Shown here: positions 52,422 through 63,549 of the stretch, piece after piece
Position numbering within the stretch: position 1 is the first letter of the stretch
How the letters are laid out: the number at the start of each line of letters is the position of its first letter
Origin: Candidatus Marinacidobacterales bacterium
Lineage (GTDB): Bacteria > Acidobacteriota > Vicinamibacteria > Marinacidobacterales > SMYC01
NCBI GenBank assembly: GCA_965237955.1
Contig: OZ250169.1
Coordinates: forward strand, 2,432,001 to 2,496,000
DNA: 64,000 nucleotides
Reading direction: 5' to 3'
Notes under the pieces: model-generated
What the model was told of the DNA's origin: nothing
Database searches by the model: none
The model's input: the letters and a program-made list of their open reading frames with translations, nothing else
Made by a program: the position numbers and the translations under genes

Positions 52422-52459
52422 GCGCCTGTCTTACCTCTAATCGACGGGCACGAGCCGTG

Positions 52460-53647
52460 TCAGCTCTTGTCGCGCTCTTTGAAGACTTCCGTCGCGGGTT
52501 GTTTCAACGTATCGGAGCTCAGGTCGACGAGATCGGAGAGCGGCACGGGCTTGCTGTAGAGATAGCCTTGGGCGAGCGTGAAACCCATCATGGTGCACAC
52601 GCCAGCTTCCTTCTCGGTTTCGATCCCTTCGGCGATCGGCTGGGCGCCGACTTCGCGAGCAGCGGCCATGAGCATGGCTAGCAGCCGGCGCTTCGAGCTC
52701 GACGCATCCACGAGATTCTTGACGAGGCTGATATCGAACTTGAGATAGTCGGGCGGGACCTCGGCGAGCTGCAGGAAACGCTCTCCCAAACCGAAGTCGT
52801 CGAGCGCGAGACGGATCTCGAGTTTGTCGAGCTCTTTCTCGAGCTCGGCGATGACTTGAGGCTTGGCGAGAGCGCCTTCGTGAATCTCGAGGGCGAGCTC
52901 GATCTTGGGAACGATGTCGCGCACTTCCTGCAACGACTTCACGAGCTCGGGCTCGCCGATCTCGTTGGGATGGGTGTTGAGAAACAGAAGCGGCAGCTCG
53001 TCTTCCGCCTTGCTTGCAAGTAGCGCCGCCTTCTTCCGAAAGAGGCGGCTGAGCTCGGCCTCGCGATCGGTCGTCTCGGCGATGCGAAAAAGTCCGATCG
53101 GATTTCTTGGCAGGTCGCCGTGGAGACCCCGGCCGAGACATTCGTAAGCCAGCACTTCACCGGCCGGCAGGGACACGACGGACTGGAACACTACCGTCAC
53201 CATCTCGCGCTCGAGGAGCTCGGCCATCTCGCGAGTGCCGCCAATGAACTGTTGGGGCAGCTCGAGTCGTGACAAAGCCAGAGTGCCGGCGTCGCCGTCT
53301 TCCGTGGGCGCCTCACTGGCGCTTCTGCCGAGCCGGAACTCGATCTCGGCGAAGTGCAGAATGTCGCCCTCCTGGAGCGGCACAGCATCCTCGACGCGCC
53401 GGCGGTTCACGAACGTCCCGTTTGTGCTCCCGAGGTCCTTCAACGTCAGGGCGTCGTTGTCGAGGTGGAGCTCCGCGTGGTGTTTCGAAACGGACTGGAA
53501 CGGGAGCGTCAGCTCGAGCTCGTCGACACGGCCGATGCGGAACGGGAGGTTCTGGATCGGGACTTTCTCGAGACTCCGGCCGCCGTCGGCAGTGCTCTCG
53601 AGGCACCACCCCGTCGCGCGCTTGTACTGCGCAGAGGATTCCACCAT
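52460..53647 (-). CDS. FHA plus EAL-domain protein (c-di-GMP phosphodiesterase)
   Basis: IGR...VSKHHA...DLGSTNGTFVN (FHA); YECLGR, LFLN, EIHE, DDFG, IAEGIET, QGYLYSKP (EAL). Confidence 0.9.
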   Translation of the reverse strand: MVESSAQYKRATGWCLESTADGGRSLEKVPIQNLPFRIGRVDELELTLPFQSVSKHHAELHLDNDALTLKDLGSTNGTFVNRRRVEDAVPLQEGDILHFAEIEFRLGRSASEAPTEDGDAGTLALSRLELPQQFIGGTREMAELLEREMVTVVFQSVVSLPAGEVLAYECLGRGLHGDLPRNPIGLFRIAETTDREAELSRLFRKKAALLASKAEDELPLLFLNTHPNEIGEPELVKSLQEVRDIVPKIELALEIHEGALAKPQVIAELEKELDKLEIRLALDDFGLGERFLQLAEVPPDYLKFDISLVKNLVDASSSKRRLLAMLMAAAREVGAQPIAEGIETEKEAGVCTMMGFTLAQGYLYSKPVPLSDLVDLSSDTLKQPATEVFKERDKS

Positions 53648-53785
53648 GGTTGGCCCGAACCGCCATGCCCTGCCGGCCGAGAGCCTGACCCCAGAGGCGA
53701 GATTTCCCAGCCTTCGGCAGAAGTCGGCGATGTGCGAGATCGCCTTCCAGTATGGGGTACAGCGCGGAATCACGCTAGTGGGTTC

Positions 53786-54040
53786 CTAGAACTCGTCGTC
53801 GAGCGCATCGTCGTTATCCAGCGCATCCAGACAGAAGCCGACGAGCGCGGCGTGATCTTCTGCAGTTCTCAGGGCTTTGAGGGCCCCCTCGAGATTCTCG
53901 AGGAGGTGTTGCTCCTCTTCGCTGGGAGGACGATCGAGCGTTATCATCTCGACTTCCTTCTGGAGGCGTCGGAGCTCGTAGCCGACCTTCGCTAGCTGAA
54001 TTTGGATATCACCTCGAATCTGGAGCTTCGAGCCAGCCAT
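53786..54040 (-). CDS. Small coiled-coil hypothetical protein
   Basis: AAAGGAG RBS, 84 aa, acidic tail. Confidence 0.55.
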   Translation of the reverse strand: MAGSKLQIRGDIQIQLAKVGYELRRLQKEVEMITLDRPPSEEEQHLLENLEGALKALRTAEDHAALVGFCLDALDNDDALDDEF

Positions 54041-54502
54041 GCGGTTTCTCCTTTCGTCGGTGAAACGTCATCGGCGGCGCGCGTTGGTAATGAGGTAATC
54101 CAAGAGCACGTTGGACATCACCCGCATCCCAATGCGCGCCGTAAAGACTCTCTCACCGGCCCGCGCGCTTGGGATCCGAGCCCTTCAAATAGTCCTCGTA
54201 GCTCTCCGCTTCGGCCCAATAACAAAAATCACTTCGAACGTCGAGGTATTCCGCTTGCTCGTCCATCGGAATCCAATTATATAGAATCCCGATAAGCCGT
54301 TGATTTTGAACGAAACGTCCTCACGGGCGGTCCATTGCGATCTTTTTTCGATTGTGCCAAAATCGCAAGGTTATGCCGAAATCGGAGGCCTGTTGCTTTT
54401 GGGCGGTCTCTCATCGCCGGTTTCCGTCCGCGATTCGAACCTGAGCTCTTTCGTCGAGTTGACACTCTCATAGGTCACACTGTCGGGACTCGTCCGTAAG
54501 CA

Positions 54503-55876
54503 ATGTCTGTACACAGGTCGAAAAAGGGACTCGATCTTCCGATTCTCGGCGAGCCTGCGCGCGGCATCGAAGACCACGATGCACCGCACCGCGTAGCCGT
54601 CCTCGGCGCCGACTACCCCGGCCTCCGCCCCACGATGCACGTGAAAGTAGGCGATGACGTTCGCCGCGGTCAACTCCTCATCGAAGACAAGAAGTTGCCC
54701 GGGGTGCGGTTCACGTCGCCGGGCTCCGGCAAGGTCGTGGCGGTGCATCGCGGCGAGCGGCGGGCCTTCCTCTCGCTCGTCATCGAGCTGTCGAGCGCAG
54801 ATAAGACCGGGCGCGTCGGCGCAGCGGATCAAGTCTCCTTCAGCTCGTTCTCGGGAAGCCATCCCAATACGCTGACGCGCGACGACGTGCGCGCGCTCCT
54901 CGTGGAATCCGGTCAGTGGACGGCACTGCGCGCCAGGCCATTCTCTCGCGTGGCGAACCCGGCCACGACGCCGCATTCGATCTTCGTCACCGCGATGGAC
55001 ACGAACCCGCTCGCGCCTCACGTCGAGGACGTTCTCGAAGGGCGTCAGGTTGATTTCGAGCGCGGCCTCATGGTGCTCACCAAGCTCACCGAGGGCCCGG
55101 TGTATGTGTGCACGGCAGACGAGTCCAGCCCTCCTGTGCCCGAGCCCTGTCGCCGCGAAGTCTTCGAAGGGCCACATCCCGCCGGCACCGCCGGCTACCA
55201 CATCCACCGGCTCGACGCCGTCGATCGCAACAAGGTCGTGTGGCACATCAACTACCAGGACGTTCTGGCGGTCGGAGCGCTCTTCGACAAAGGGGAGCTG
55301 CATCTGGAGCGGGTCCTTGCCCTGGCCGGACCCGCGGTCACAAGGCCGCGGCAAATCCGATCGCGTGTCGGCGCGTCGCTCGACGACATGGTCGAAGGTG
55401 AGCTCGCCGCGGGCGAGAACCGCGTCGTCTCGGGCTCGGTGCTCTCGGGGCGAAAGGCCATGGGCGACGAGCTCGGATACCTCGGCCGCTATCACCTGCA
55501 AGTCTCCGTCATCCGCGAAGGACGCGAGCGCGAGTTTCTCGGGTGGCTCGCCCCCGGCGCCAATGTGTTTTCGGTCAAGCGGGCATTTCTATCGACGCTC
55601 TTGCCCGGCAAGAAGTTCGCGTTCTCGACGTCGACGAACGGCTCAACCCGAGCGATCGTTCCCATCGGCTCTTATGAGAAAGTGATGCCGATGGACATTC
55701 TGCCGACGTTTCTCCTCCGAGCCCTCGTCATGGGTGATGTGGAACGCGCCGAGCGGCTCGGCTGTCTCGAGCTCGACGAAGAAGACGTAGCACTTTGTAG
55801 CTTCGTGTGTCCCGGCAAGGTCGACTACGGCGTGCGTCTGCGCAACGCGCTCACTATTATCGAGAAAGAGGGCTAA
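54503..55876 (+). CDS. nqrA: Na+-translocating NADH:quinone oxidoreductase subunit A
   Basis: [49 protein letters not shown]. Confidence 0.96.
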   Translation: MSVHRSKKGLDLPILGEPARGIEDHDAPHRVAVLGADYPGLRPTMHVKVGDDVRRGQLLIEDKKLPGVRFTSPGSGKVVAVHRGERRAFLSLVIELSSADKTGRVGAADQVSFSSFSGSHPNTLTRDDVRALLVESGQWTALRARPFSRVANPATTPHSIFVTAMDTNPLAPHVEDVLEGRQVDFERGLMVLTKLTEGPVYVCTADESSPPVPEPCRREVFEGPHPAGTAGYHIHRLDAVDRNKVVWHINYQDVLAVGALFDKGELHLERVLALAGPAVTRPRQIRSRVGASLDDMVEGELAAGENRVVSGSVLSGRKAMGDELGYLGRYHLQVSVIREGREREFLGWLAPGANVFSVKRAFLSTLLPGKKFAFSTSTNGSTRAIVPIGSYEKVMPMDILPTFLLRALVMGDVERAERLGCLELDEEDVALCSFVCPGKVDYGVRLRNALTIIEKEG

Positions 55877-55879
55877 GGC

Positions 55880-57103
55880 TTGACGCGTTTTCTCAGAGCT
55901 CTTCTCAAAAAGCAAGAGAAGCTCTTCTCCGGAAAGCTCGAACGTCTCTATCCGCTTCACGAAGCGGGCGATACCTTCTTGTTCACACCGGGAGACGTCA
56001 CCAAGAACCCGTCGCATGTCCGGGATGCGCTCGATCTCAAGCGCACCATGATCGTCGTCGTCATAGCACTCGCCGGGTGCATTTTCATGGCGTGCTACAA
56101 CACCGGCTATCAAGCGAACCTGGCCATTGCGACCGGCGCGGCGGCGCTCGACACCTGGCGCACCGCGCTCATGGCGACGATGGGCTTGCCGTTCGACCCG
56201 GCGAGTTTTCTCGCGTGCTTCGTTCATGGCGCGCTCTACTACGTACCGGTGTTGATAGTGACGCTCGCGGTGGGTGGATTGTGGGAAGCCCTCTTCGCGG
56301 TCGTCCGTCGCCACGAGATCAACGAAGGTTTCCTGGTCACGTGGATGCTTTTCCCACTCATCTTGCCGCCGACCGTGCCGCTTTGGCAGGTAGCGCTCGG
56401 GATAACGTTCGGCGTCGTCGTCGGGAAGGAAGTTTTCGGAGGAACCGGGTACAACATCCTCAACCCGGCGTTGGTCGCACGGGCGTTCGTGTTCTTCGCC
56501 TATCCCGCCCAGCTTTCAGGTGACAAGGTGTGGATCGCCGCGGCGACTTCGACCGATGGCGTTAGTGGCGCCACCTGGCTCGCGAGTGCGGCGCTCGAAG
56601 GCCAGGCGGCGGTCGATGCGGGCGTCACCTGGTGGCAAGCGTTCGTAGGTCTCGTCCCCGGCTCGATGGGCGAGACCTCGGCGCTCGCATGTCTCGCGGG
56701 GGCGTTCCTGCTCGTCATCACCGGCATCGGCTCGTGGCGCATTGTCGCGAGCGTGGCCGTTGGCACCATCGCCGCGGCTTCCCTTCTGAACGCAGTGGGC
56801 TCGACGACGAATCCATTTTTCGACGTGCCCTTTTGGTGGCATTTCGTGCTCGGAGGGTGGGCGTTTGGTACTGTCTATATGGCGACCGAGCCGGTGACGT
56901 CACCCGGCACGAATTCCGGGCGTGTGATTTACGGGTTTCTCATCGGCGTGCTCGTGGTGTTGATCCGCGTCGTGAACCCGGCCTATCTCGAGGGCATGAT
57001 GCTTGCGATCCTGTTCATGAACGTCTTTGCCCCAGTGATCGACCATTTCGCGATTGTCGCAAACGTCAAGCGCCGCCAGGCTCGCTACGCTAACATTCAT
57101 TAG
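55880..57103 (+). CDS. nqrB: Na+-NQR subunit B
   Basis: [23 protein letters not shown] site [15 protein letters not shown]. Confidence 0.96.
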   Translation: MTRFLRALLKKQEKLFSGKLERLYPLHEAGDTFLFTPGDVTKNPSHVRDALDLKRTMIVVVIALAGCIFMACYNTGYQANLAIATGAAALDTWRTALMATMGLPFDPASFLACFVHGALYYVPVLIVTLAVGGLWEALFAVVRRHEINEGFLVTWMLFPLILPPTVPLWQVALGITFGVVVGKEVFGGTGYNILNPALVARAFVFFAYPAQLSGDKVWIAAATSTDGVSGATWLASAALEGQAAVDAGVTWWQAFVGLVPGSMGETSALACLAGAFLLVITGIGSWRIVASVAVGTIAAASLLNAVGSTTNPFFDVPFWWHFVLGGWAFGTVYMATEPVTSPGTNSGRVIYGFLIGVLVVLIRVVNPAYLEGMMLAILFMNVFAPVIDHFAIVANVKRRQARYANIH

Positions 57104-57114
57104 AGGGTTGGCCT

Positions 57115-57897
57115 ATGCAGAGAAGCGCGTCCTATTCGATTCTGTTCGCCGCCGCCGTCTGCCTCGTGTGCGCGGTATTCGTGTCCGTATCGGCGGTGTC
57201 GCTCAAAACCCGTCAGGACGATAACGCCTTTCTCGACAAGCAGAGAAACGTCCTGGTTGCCGCGGGGCTCGCGAGCGAAGACGAAGTCCTGACGAGAGAA
57301 CAAATCCAGGAGCGGTTCGGGCCGATCGAGTCCGTCGTCGTCGATCTTCAGTCCGGAGAGGAGCGCTTCGACGTCGACCCCGAAACCTTCGATCAGAGGC
57401 AAGCGACATCCGACCCCCAGACGTCGCGAGCGATGCCCAATAACACCGCGGGCATCCAGCGGGTTCCGAATCAGGCGCTCGTGTACCGACTGGTGGAGAA
57501 CGACGAGCTCGGGCTCGTGATCCTTCCCATCGAAGGCAAAGGGCTCTGGTCGACGCTCTACGGGTTTATCGCCCTCGATGCTGATCTCGAGACCATCCGG
57601 GGCATTACGTTCTATGAGCACAAGGAAACGCCCGGACTCGGAGGCGAAGTGGACAACCCTCGATGGAAGGCGCTGTGGCCGGGCCGACGGGCATTTGGTG
57701 AAGGCAGTGAACGGACCCCGCGCATCGAGGTCATTCGAGGGCAGGCGGGGCCGCCTGCCGAGGATCCCTACCGCGTCGATGGTCTCTCCGGCGCAACGAT
57801 GACGAGCCGCGGCGTGGGACGTCTCGTTCGTTTTTGGCTCGGCGACAAGGGTTTTGCGCCCTACCTGGACACACTACGGAAAGGGAGTCGAGGCTGA
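57115..57897 (+). CDS. nqrC: Na+-NQR subunit C
   Basis: [21 protein letters not shown] site VDGLSGAT. Confidence 0.96.
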   Translation: MQRSASYSILFAAAVCLVCAVFVSVSAVSLKTRQDDNAFLDKQRNVLVAAGLASEDEVLTREQIQERFGPIESVVVDLQSGEERFDVDPETFDQRQATSDPQTSRAMPNNTAGIQRVPNQALVYRLVENDELGLVILPIEGKGLWSTLYGFIALDADLETIRGITFYEHKETPGLGGEVDNPRWKALWPGRRAFGEGSERTPRIEVIRGQAGPPAEDPYRVDGLSGATMTSRGVGRLVRFWLGDKGFAPYLDTLRKGSRG

Positions 57898-58520
57898 TGG
57901 CAAACCCGGCACGAGAAGCGTTGCTCGACCCGCTTTTCAACAACAACCCGATTGCCCTGCAGGTTCTGGGCATTTGCTCGGCCCTGGCGGTGACGACGAA
58001 GATGGACACGGCGGTGGTGATGAGCATCGCCGTGATCGCCGTCCTGACGTTCTCGAATTTCTTCGTGAGCCTGATCCGCAACCAGATCCCGACCAACATC
58101 CGCATCATTATTCAGCTCACCATCATCGCATCGCTCGTGATCGTCACCGATCAGATCCTGAAAGCGTACGTCTACGAGATTTCGAAACAGCTCTCGGTGT
58201 TCGTGGGTCTCATCATTACCAACTGCATCATCATGGGCCGGGCGGAGGCGTTTGCGATGCAGAACCCGCCGGCGCTCAGTATCGTCGATGGACTCGGTAA
58301 CGGCCTCGGCTACGCGCTCATATTAATGATGACGGCGGCTATCCGTGAAGTGTTCGGCTCGGGCAACTTCTTCGGCATCCCGGTGCTGCCGGTCGTGAGC
58401 GAGGGCGGTTGGTACACGCCGAACGGGTTACTGGTGCTATCGCCGGGAGCGTTTTTCATCATTGGGTTTTTCATCTGGGCCCTGAGAGTCTGGAAACCCG
58501 AGCAGGTCGAAGCGGAATAG
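57897..58520 (+). CDS. nqrD: Na+-NQR subunit D
   Basis: [37 protein letters not shown]. Confidence 0.96.
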   Translation: MANPAREALLDPLFNNNPIALQVLGICSALAVTTKMDTAVVMSIAVIAVLTFSNFFVSLIRNQIPTNIRIIIQLTIIASLVIVTDQILKAYVYEISKQLSVFVGLIITNCIIMGRAEAFAMQNPPALSIVDGLGNGLGYALILMMTAAIREVFGSGNFFGIPVLPVVSEGGWYTPNGLLVLSPGAFFIIGFFIWALRVWKPEQVEAE

Positions 58521-58538
58521 AGCCATGCGATCGAATGT

Positions 58539-58569
58539 AGCCATCGGCCATCAGCCATCAGCCATCAGC
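58539..58569. repeat. Heptamer tandem repeat (RGCCATC)x4
   Basis: agccatc-ggccatc-agccatc-agccatc between nqrD and nqrE. Confidence 0.85.
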
Positions 58570-58586
58570 GCGGGGAGGATTCATTA

Positions 58587-59204
58587 ATGCTGGAAAGCTA
58601 TTTGAATCTTGCAGTGAAGGCGATCTTCGTCGAGAACATGGCACTCGCTTTTTTTCTCGGCATGTGCTCGTTCGTGGCCGTCTCGCGCAAAGTCGAGACC
58701 GCCATCGGGCTCGGTAGCGCGGTCGTGTTCGTCCTGACCGTGACCGTCCCGCTCAACAATCTCGTCTACACGTATCTATTGAAACCGGGCGCGCTCGCTT
58801 GGCTCGACCCCGGCCTCGCCGATCAAGACCTGACGTTTCTCGGGTTTCTCACTTACATCGGGACGATCGCCGCGATGGTGCAAATCGTCGAGATGACGCT
58901 CGATCGGTTCTTCCCCGCACTCTACAACGCGCTCGGTGTCTTCTTGCCGCTCATCGCCGTGAACTGCGCGATCCTGGGCGCGTCGCTTTTCATGGTCGAG
59001 CGGAACTACGGCTTCGGCGAAAGCGTCGTCTTCGGTTTCGGCTCGGGTGTGGGATGGGCCCTCGCGATTGTCGCTCTTGCGGGCATTCGCGAGCGGTTGC
59101 GCTACAGCAATATTCCGGCAGGGCTCCGCGGTCTCGGGATTACCTTCCTTCTCACCGGGCTCATGGCGATGGGCTTCATGGCGTTCGCGGGAATTCAACT
59201 CTAG
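58587..59204 (+). CDS. nqrE: Na+-NQR subunit E
   Basis: [31 protein letters not shown]. Confidence 0.96.
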   Translation: MLESYLNLAVKAIFVENMALAFFLGMCSFVAVSRKVETAIGLGSAVVFVLTVTVPLNNLVYTYLLKPGALAWLDPGLADQDLTFLGFLTYIGTIAAMVQIVEMTLDRFFPALYNALGVFLPLIAVNCAILGASLFMVERNYGFGESVVFGFGSGVGWALAIVALAGIRERLRYSNIPAGLRGLGITFLLTGLMAMGFMAFAGIQL

Positions 59205-59207
59205 ATC

Positions 59208-60437
59208 ATGATCACAGTCGGGCTCGGGGTGTTTATGTTCACGAGCGTGATCGTGACTCTGGTCGTGGTGCTCATGCTTGCTCGTCGCGAGCTCGTTGCC
59301 ACCGGCGAGGTCACCATCACCGTGAACGACGATCCGGACAAAGCGCTGACCACGGCGGCGGGCGGAACGCTTCTGGGAACGCTTTCGGCCAATCGCATCT
59401 TCATTCCGTCGGCTTGCGGCGGGAAGGGCACCTGCGGCGTGTGCACGGTGAAAGTGCTCGATGGCGGCGGCGCGATGCTCCCTACGGAGACCAGCCACAT
59501 CAACCGCGACGAAGCACGCGAGGGCATCCGTCTATCGTGTCAGGTCAAGGTCAAGCAGGACATCAAGATCGATCTTCCGCCCGAAGTCTTCAACGTTCGG
59601 AAGTGGAAGTGCAAAGTTCGATCGAACAAGAACGTGGCGACGTTCATCAAGGAGCTCGTGCTCGAGCTTCCCGCCGGCGAAGAAGTACCGTTTCGCGCCG
59701 GTGGTTACATTCAAATCGAGCGCCCGGCGGGAACGGTCGAGTACAAGAACTTCGACATCGAAGACGAGTATCGCGACGACTGGGACAAGTTCAACCTGTG
59801 GCGCTACGTGTCGACGGCGGAACCCGGGGACGAGGTCGTCCGCGCGTTCTCCATGGCCAATTATCCCGAGGAGAAGGGGATCATCATGCTGAACATACGC
59901 ATCGCGTCGCCACCGCCGCGGATGCCCGACGTTCCGCCCGGCAAGATGTCATCGTACACCTTCGATTTGAAGCCGGGAGACGAGGTCACGATCTCGGGAC
60001 CGTACGGCGAGTTCTTCGCCAAGGACACCGATGCGGAGATGATTTATATCGGCGGCGGCGCCGGCATGGCGCCGATGCGCTCGCACATCTTCGATCTTTT
60101 CAATCGGGTTCATACGAAACGCAAGGTTTCGTTCTGGTACGGTGCGCGGAGCCTTCGTGAAGGATTCTACGACGACGACTTCAACAAGATCGCTTCCGAC
60201 AACGACAACTTCGCATGGCACCTCGCGCTTTCCGAGCCGCTTCCCGAAGACAACTGGACGGGATATAAGGGATTCATCCACCAGGTGCTCTACGATCATT
60301 ATTTGAAGGATCACGATAGCCCAGAGGACGTGGAGTACTACATCTGCGGTCCGCCCCTCATGCTCAAGGCGTGTTTCGATATGCTCGACAGCCTCGGTGT
60401 GGAGCCTGAGAACATTCTGTATGATGATTTTGGTTGA
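59208..60437 (+). CDS. nqrF: Na+-NQR subunit F
   Basis: [40 protein letters not shown]. Confidence 0.97.
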   Translation: MITVGLGVFMFTSVIVTLVVVLMLARRELVATGEVTITVNDDPDKALTTAAGGTLLGTLSANRIFIPSACGGKGTCGVCTVKVLDGGGAMLPTETSHINRDEAREGIRLSCQVKVKQDIKIDLPPEVFNVRKWKCKVRSNKNVATFIKELVLELPAGEEVPFRAGGYIQIERPAGTVEYKNFDIEDEYRDDWDKFNLWRYVSTAEPGDEVVRAFSMANYPEEKGIIMLNIRIASPPPRMPDVPPGKMSSYTFDLKPGDEVTISGPYGEFFAKDTDAEMIYIGGGAGMAPMRSHIFDLFNRVHTKRKVSFWYGARSLREGFYDDDFNKIASDNDNFAWHLALSEPLPEDNWTGYKGFIHQVLYDHYLKDHDSPEDVEYYICGPPLMLKACFDMLDSLGVEPENILYDDFG

Positions 60438-60439
60438 TG

Positions 60440-60470
60440 GGCCATCAGCCATCGGCCGTCAGCCATCAGC
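60440..60470. repeat. Heptamer tandem repeat (RGCCRTC)x4
   Basis: ggccatc-agccatc-ggccgtc-agccatc between nqrF and apbE. Confidence 0.85.
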
Positions 60471-60472
60471 GC

Positions 60473-61525
60473 ATGAGCGTTCGTATTCTTTTTGTCGCAG
60501 CTGCGCTTTCCGCTAGTGCTTGCCAGTCGGGAAGCTCCCCTGAGACGGTTCGGTTCGAGGGGGAGACGATGGGCACCACCTACTTGGTGCAGGTGTCGGA
60601 TCCTCTTTCGGAGAGCGAGCGCATCGCCGTTTCGAGGGCGATTCAAGAAACGCTCGATGACGTGAATCAGACGATGTCGACGTATGTGTCGGATTCAGAG
60701 GTCTCCCAGTTCAATCGAGCGGCCGTCGGTGTTGTGGTTCTGCTGTCGATACACGGGTTCGAAGTTTTCCGCGAGGCCGCGCGCGTCAGCGAGCTCACCG
60801 ACGGTGCGTTCGATGTTACCGTCGCGCCGCTGGTGCGGCTTTGGGGCTTTGGCGCGGGGGCATCTACGAATGGTACGAATCGGCACGTTCCATCGGAGGA
60901 AGCAATAGCGGCGGCACGCGAGCGGGTTGGCTTTCGCCACGTCGTGCTCAGCGACGACCCACCGTCGGTGACCAAAGACGAGGACGGCGTCGAGTGCGAT
61001 CTTTCCGCCATCGCCAAAGGCTACGGCGTCGACCTGGTGGCCGAGCTGCTCAGACGGCGAGGGTCGAAGAACTTCATGGTCGAAGTCGGGGGCGAAGTGC
61101 GAACCTCGGGCAAGAACGCGACCGGCGAGGCATGGCGTATCGGCATCGAAAAGCCGCTCCGGCCTCTCGCGCCTCTCCGGGAAGCCCGCGCCCTCCAGCG
61201 AACGCTTCCTCTGAGTGGACTCTCGTTGGCGACTTCGGGGGACTATCGCAATTTCTACGAGGCGGACGGCCAGCTCTACTCCCATCTCATCGATCCCAGA
61301 GAGGGCCGACCGGTGTCGCACGCATTGACGTCGGTTAGCGTCGTGGACCATACCTGTATGCGAGCCGACGCCTTGGCGTCCGGGCTTCTCGTGTTGGGAC
61401 CCGAGGCGGGGTACGAGCTCGCGGTTCGAGAGGACCTCGCAGTGTTGTTCCTCATCCGCACCGATGACGGCGGAATCGAAGAGCGGCCCACGCCGTCGTT
61501 CGAAGCGCTATTTCTTCTGGAATAG
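60473..61525 (+). CDS. apbE: FAD:protein FMN transferase (lipoprotein)
   Basis: Lipobox ASAC, GETMGT, DLSAIAKGYGVD, VEVGGE, ATSGDYRNF, SHLIDP. Confidence 0.95.
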   Translation: MSVRILFVAAALSASACQSGSSPETVRFEGETMGTTYLVQVSDPLSESERIAVSRAIQETLDDVNQTMSTYVSDSEVSQFNRAAVGVVVLLSIHGFEVFREAARVSELTDGAFDVTVAPLVRLWGFGAGASTNGTNRHVPSEEAIAAARERVGFRHVVLSDDPPSVTKDEDGVECDLSAIAKGYGVDLVAELLRRRGSKNFMVEVGGEVRTSGKNATGEAWRIGIEKPLRPLAPLREARALQRTLPLSGLSLATSGDYRNFYEADGQLYSHLIDPREGRPVSHALTSVSVVDHTCMRADALASGLLVLGPEAGYELAVREDLAVLFLIRTDDGGIEERPTPSFEALFLLE

Positions 61526-61529
61526 CGGC

Positions 61530-61703
61530 ATGAAGATCTTCCTTCTCGTCCTCGGCTTCATGGCACTCGCGGTGCTCGCGATGGCCGTGGGAGTGATCTT
61601 CAAACGGCCGTGCCTGCGTGGCTCGTGCGGTGGCCCGGCTGTCATGGGCGGCGACGGCGAGCCGATATCCTGCGCCGCCTGCCCGAACCGCAACAAAGCC
61701 TGA
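61530..61703 (+). CDS. nqrM: Na+-NQR maturation protein NqrM
   Basis: TM helix, AMAVGVIF...GSCGG...CAAC; follows apbE. Confidence 0.8.
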   Translation: MKIFLLVLGFMALAVLAMAVGVIFKRPCLRGSCGGPAVMGGDGEPISCAACPNRNKA

Positions 61704-61762
61704 GCGCCGCGCCTCGAGGTGGGCGTGCGCGGCAAGAGATAGTGTATGGTTTCCAGGTGAGC

Positions 61763-62560
61763 ATGAGCTCGCCCCGGCCGGGAGCGCTTCAGGTCGATCA
61801 CGTCACCCTCCGTTTCGGCGGGCTCGAGGCGCTCGACGACGTTTCCTTGACGATCGCGCCCGGCGAGCTCGTCGCTATCATCGGACCCAACGGCGCGGGC
61901 AAGACCAGCCTTCTGAACTGTGTCAGCGGCCTCTATCGGCCTCAATCGGGCCGCATCGGCTTCGTCGCACGCGATGGCCGCGAGCACGATCTCACGCGCG
62001 TGAAACCTCATCATCGCGCCGCGCTCGGTATCGCGCGCTCGTTCCAAAACCTCGAGCTCTTTCGCCATCTGAGCGTCCTCGATAACCTCATGCTGGGCCG
62101 GCACGCGCACATGAGCGGCGGCGTGCTGTCCTCCGGGCTGTATTGGGGCCGCCAGCAGAAAGAAGAGATACGCCAGCGACGCGTTGTCGAAGAGATCATC
62201 GATTTTCTCGAGATCGAGCGTATCCGAGATCAGGCGGTCGCGTCGCTTTCCTACGGACTCCAAAAGCGTGTCGAGCTCGGCCGTGCGCTCGCCATGGAAC
62301 CCACGCTTCTCTTGCTCGACGAGCCGATGGCGGGGATGAATACGGAAGAGAAACAAGACTTGGCGCGCTTCATCCTCGAAGTTCACGATGGCCAGGGCGT
62401 GGGCATCGTGCTCATCGAGCACGACATGAGCGTGGTCATGGATATCGCCGAGCGGGTCGTCGTCCTCGATTTTGGGCAGATGCTCGCCGAAGGTCCACCC
62501 GAGCGCATTCGACAGGACAAGCGGGTCATCAGCGCGTATTTGGGTGGGGCGGCATCGTGA
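61763..62560 (+). CDS. ABC transporter ATP-binding protein (LivG type)
   Basis: GPNGAGKT, RSFQN, LSYGLQKRVEL, LLDEP, IEHDM, AYLG. Confidence 0.92.
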   Translation: MSSPRPGALQVDHVTLRFGGLEALDDVSLTIAPGELVAIIGPNGAGKTSLLNCVSGLYRPQSGRIGFVARDGREHDLTRVKPHHRAALGIARSFQNLELFRHLSVLDNLMLGRHAHMSGGVLSSGLYWGRQQKEEIRQRRVVEEIIDFLEIERIRDQAVASLSYGLQKRVELGRALAMEPTLLLLDEPMAGMNTEEKQDLARFILEVHDGQGVGIVLIEHDMSVVMDIAERVVVLDFGQMLAEGPPERIRQDKRVISAYLGGAAS

Positions 62561-63549
62561 TCATAATCATGATCGGCATCGTAGTTGCGGCTCCGATCGC
62601 CGTGCTCGGACTCGGGCTCGTTTATCACCGCGTCGCGTCGCGGCGTGAGCGTCGGCTCCATCCACCGACGGGAGAGCTCGTCGCCATCGAAGGAGCGCGG
62701 TTGCACGTTGTCAGCGTAGGTCGCGGTACCCCGACGGTCGTGCTCGATTCCGCGCTCGCGGGCTCGTCGTTGAGCTGGTCGGAGATTCAGCCGAGGCTCG
62801 CCGAGCTGACGCGGGTGGTGAGCTACGACCGCGCCGGCTTCGGCTGGAGCGACGCGAGCCCGGCGCCGAGGACGGTCGACAACATGGTGGAGGAGCTCGA
62901 TCAGCTTCTCGCGAACGCGGATGTCGAGGCGCCCTACGTGCTCGTTGGCCACTCGTACGGGGGGTGGATCTCGCAGCTCTATGCTTCGAGGCACCGGAAA
63001 AACGTCGCCGGTGTCGTCCTCGTGGACACGCCGCACCCCAGAGAATGGATGAATCCCGATCGGTTGCAGGCGAGTCGGGTCGCACGCGGCGCTCGCCTCG
63101 CACGCCGCGCTGCGTGGTGTGCGCGGTTCGGTCTCATGCGATTGATGTTCCTTCTTGAGCGCGTCCGCGTTGACGTCGGCGTCGGCGTCCTCAGTGAGCA
63201 CGGGAGAGTCGCCGAGCTCCTGGGGAAGACTCCGGTCGCGATACGCAGTCAATTGAGGACGTTCTGGGTGCAGCCGAGCCCTCTCGAAGCGCTCGCCTCG
63301 CAGATCGAGAACGCGCCCGCGAGCGCCGCCAAGGTTGTCCAAGAGACGTCCGACTATGGTGACATGCCGCTGGTCGTGCTCACCGCGGCCAATCCCGACG
63401 CGAAGCGACTCGATGACCAGCTTCAGACGACCGCGCTCAGTCGCGCTGGACGACACGTCGTCGCTCGGAGCAGTAGTCATTGGATCCCGCTCGAGGAGCC
63501 CGACCTCATCGTGGATGCGGTGCGTGACGTCGTGAGCTCACTTCGATGA
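62557..63549 (+). CDS. Membrane-anchored alpha/beta hydrolase
   Basis: N-terminal TM, YDRAGFGWS, GHSYGG, HWIPLEEP. Confidence 0.88.
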   Translation: MIIIMIGIVVAAPIAVLGLGLVYHRVASRRERRLHPPTGELVAIEGARLHVVSVGRGTPTVVLDSALAGSSLSWSEIQPRLAELTRVVSYDRAGFGWSDASPAPRTVDNMVEELDQLLANADVEAPYVLVGHSYGGWISQLYASRHRKNVAGVVLVDTPHPREWMNPDRLQASRVARGARLARRAAWCARFGLMRLMFLLERVRVDVGVGVLSEHGRVAELLGKTPVAIRSQLRTFWVQPSPLEALASQIENAPASAAKVVQETSDYGDMPLVVLTAANPDAKRLDDQLQTTALSRAGRHVVARSSSHWIPLEEPDLIVDAVRDVVSSLR

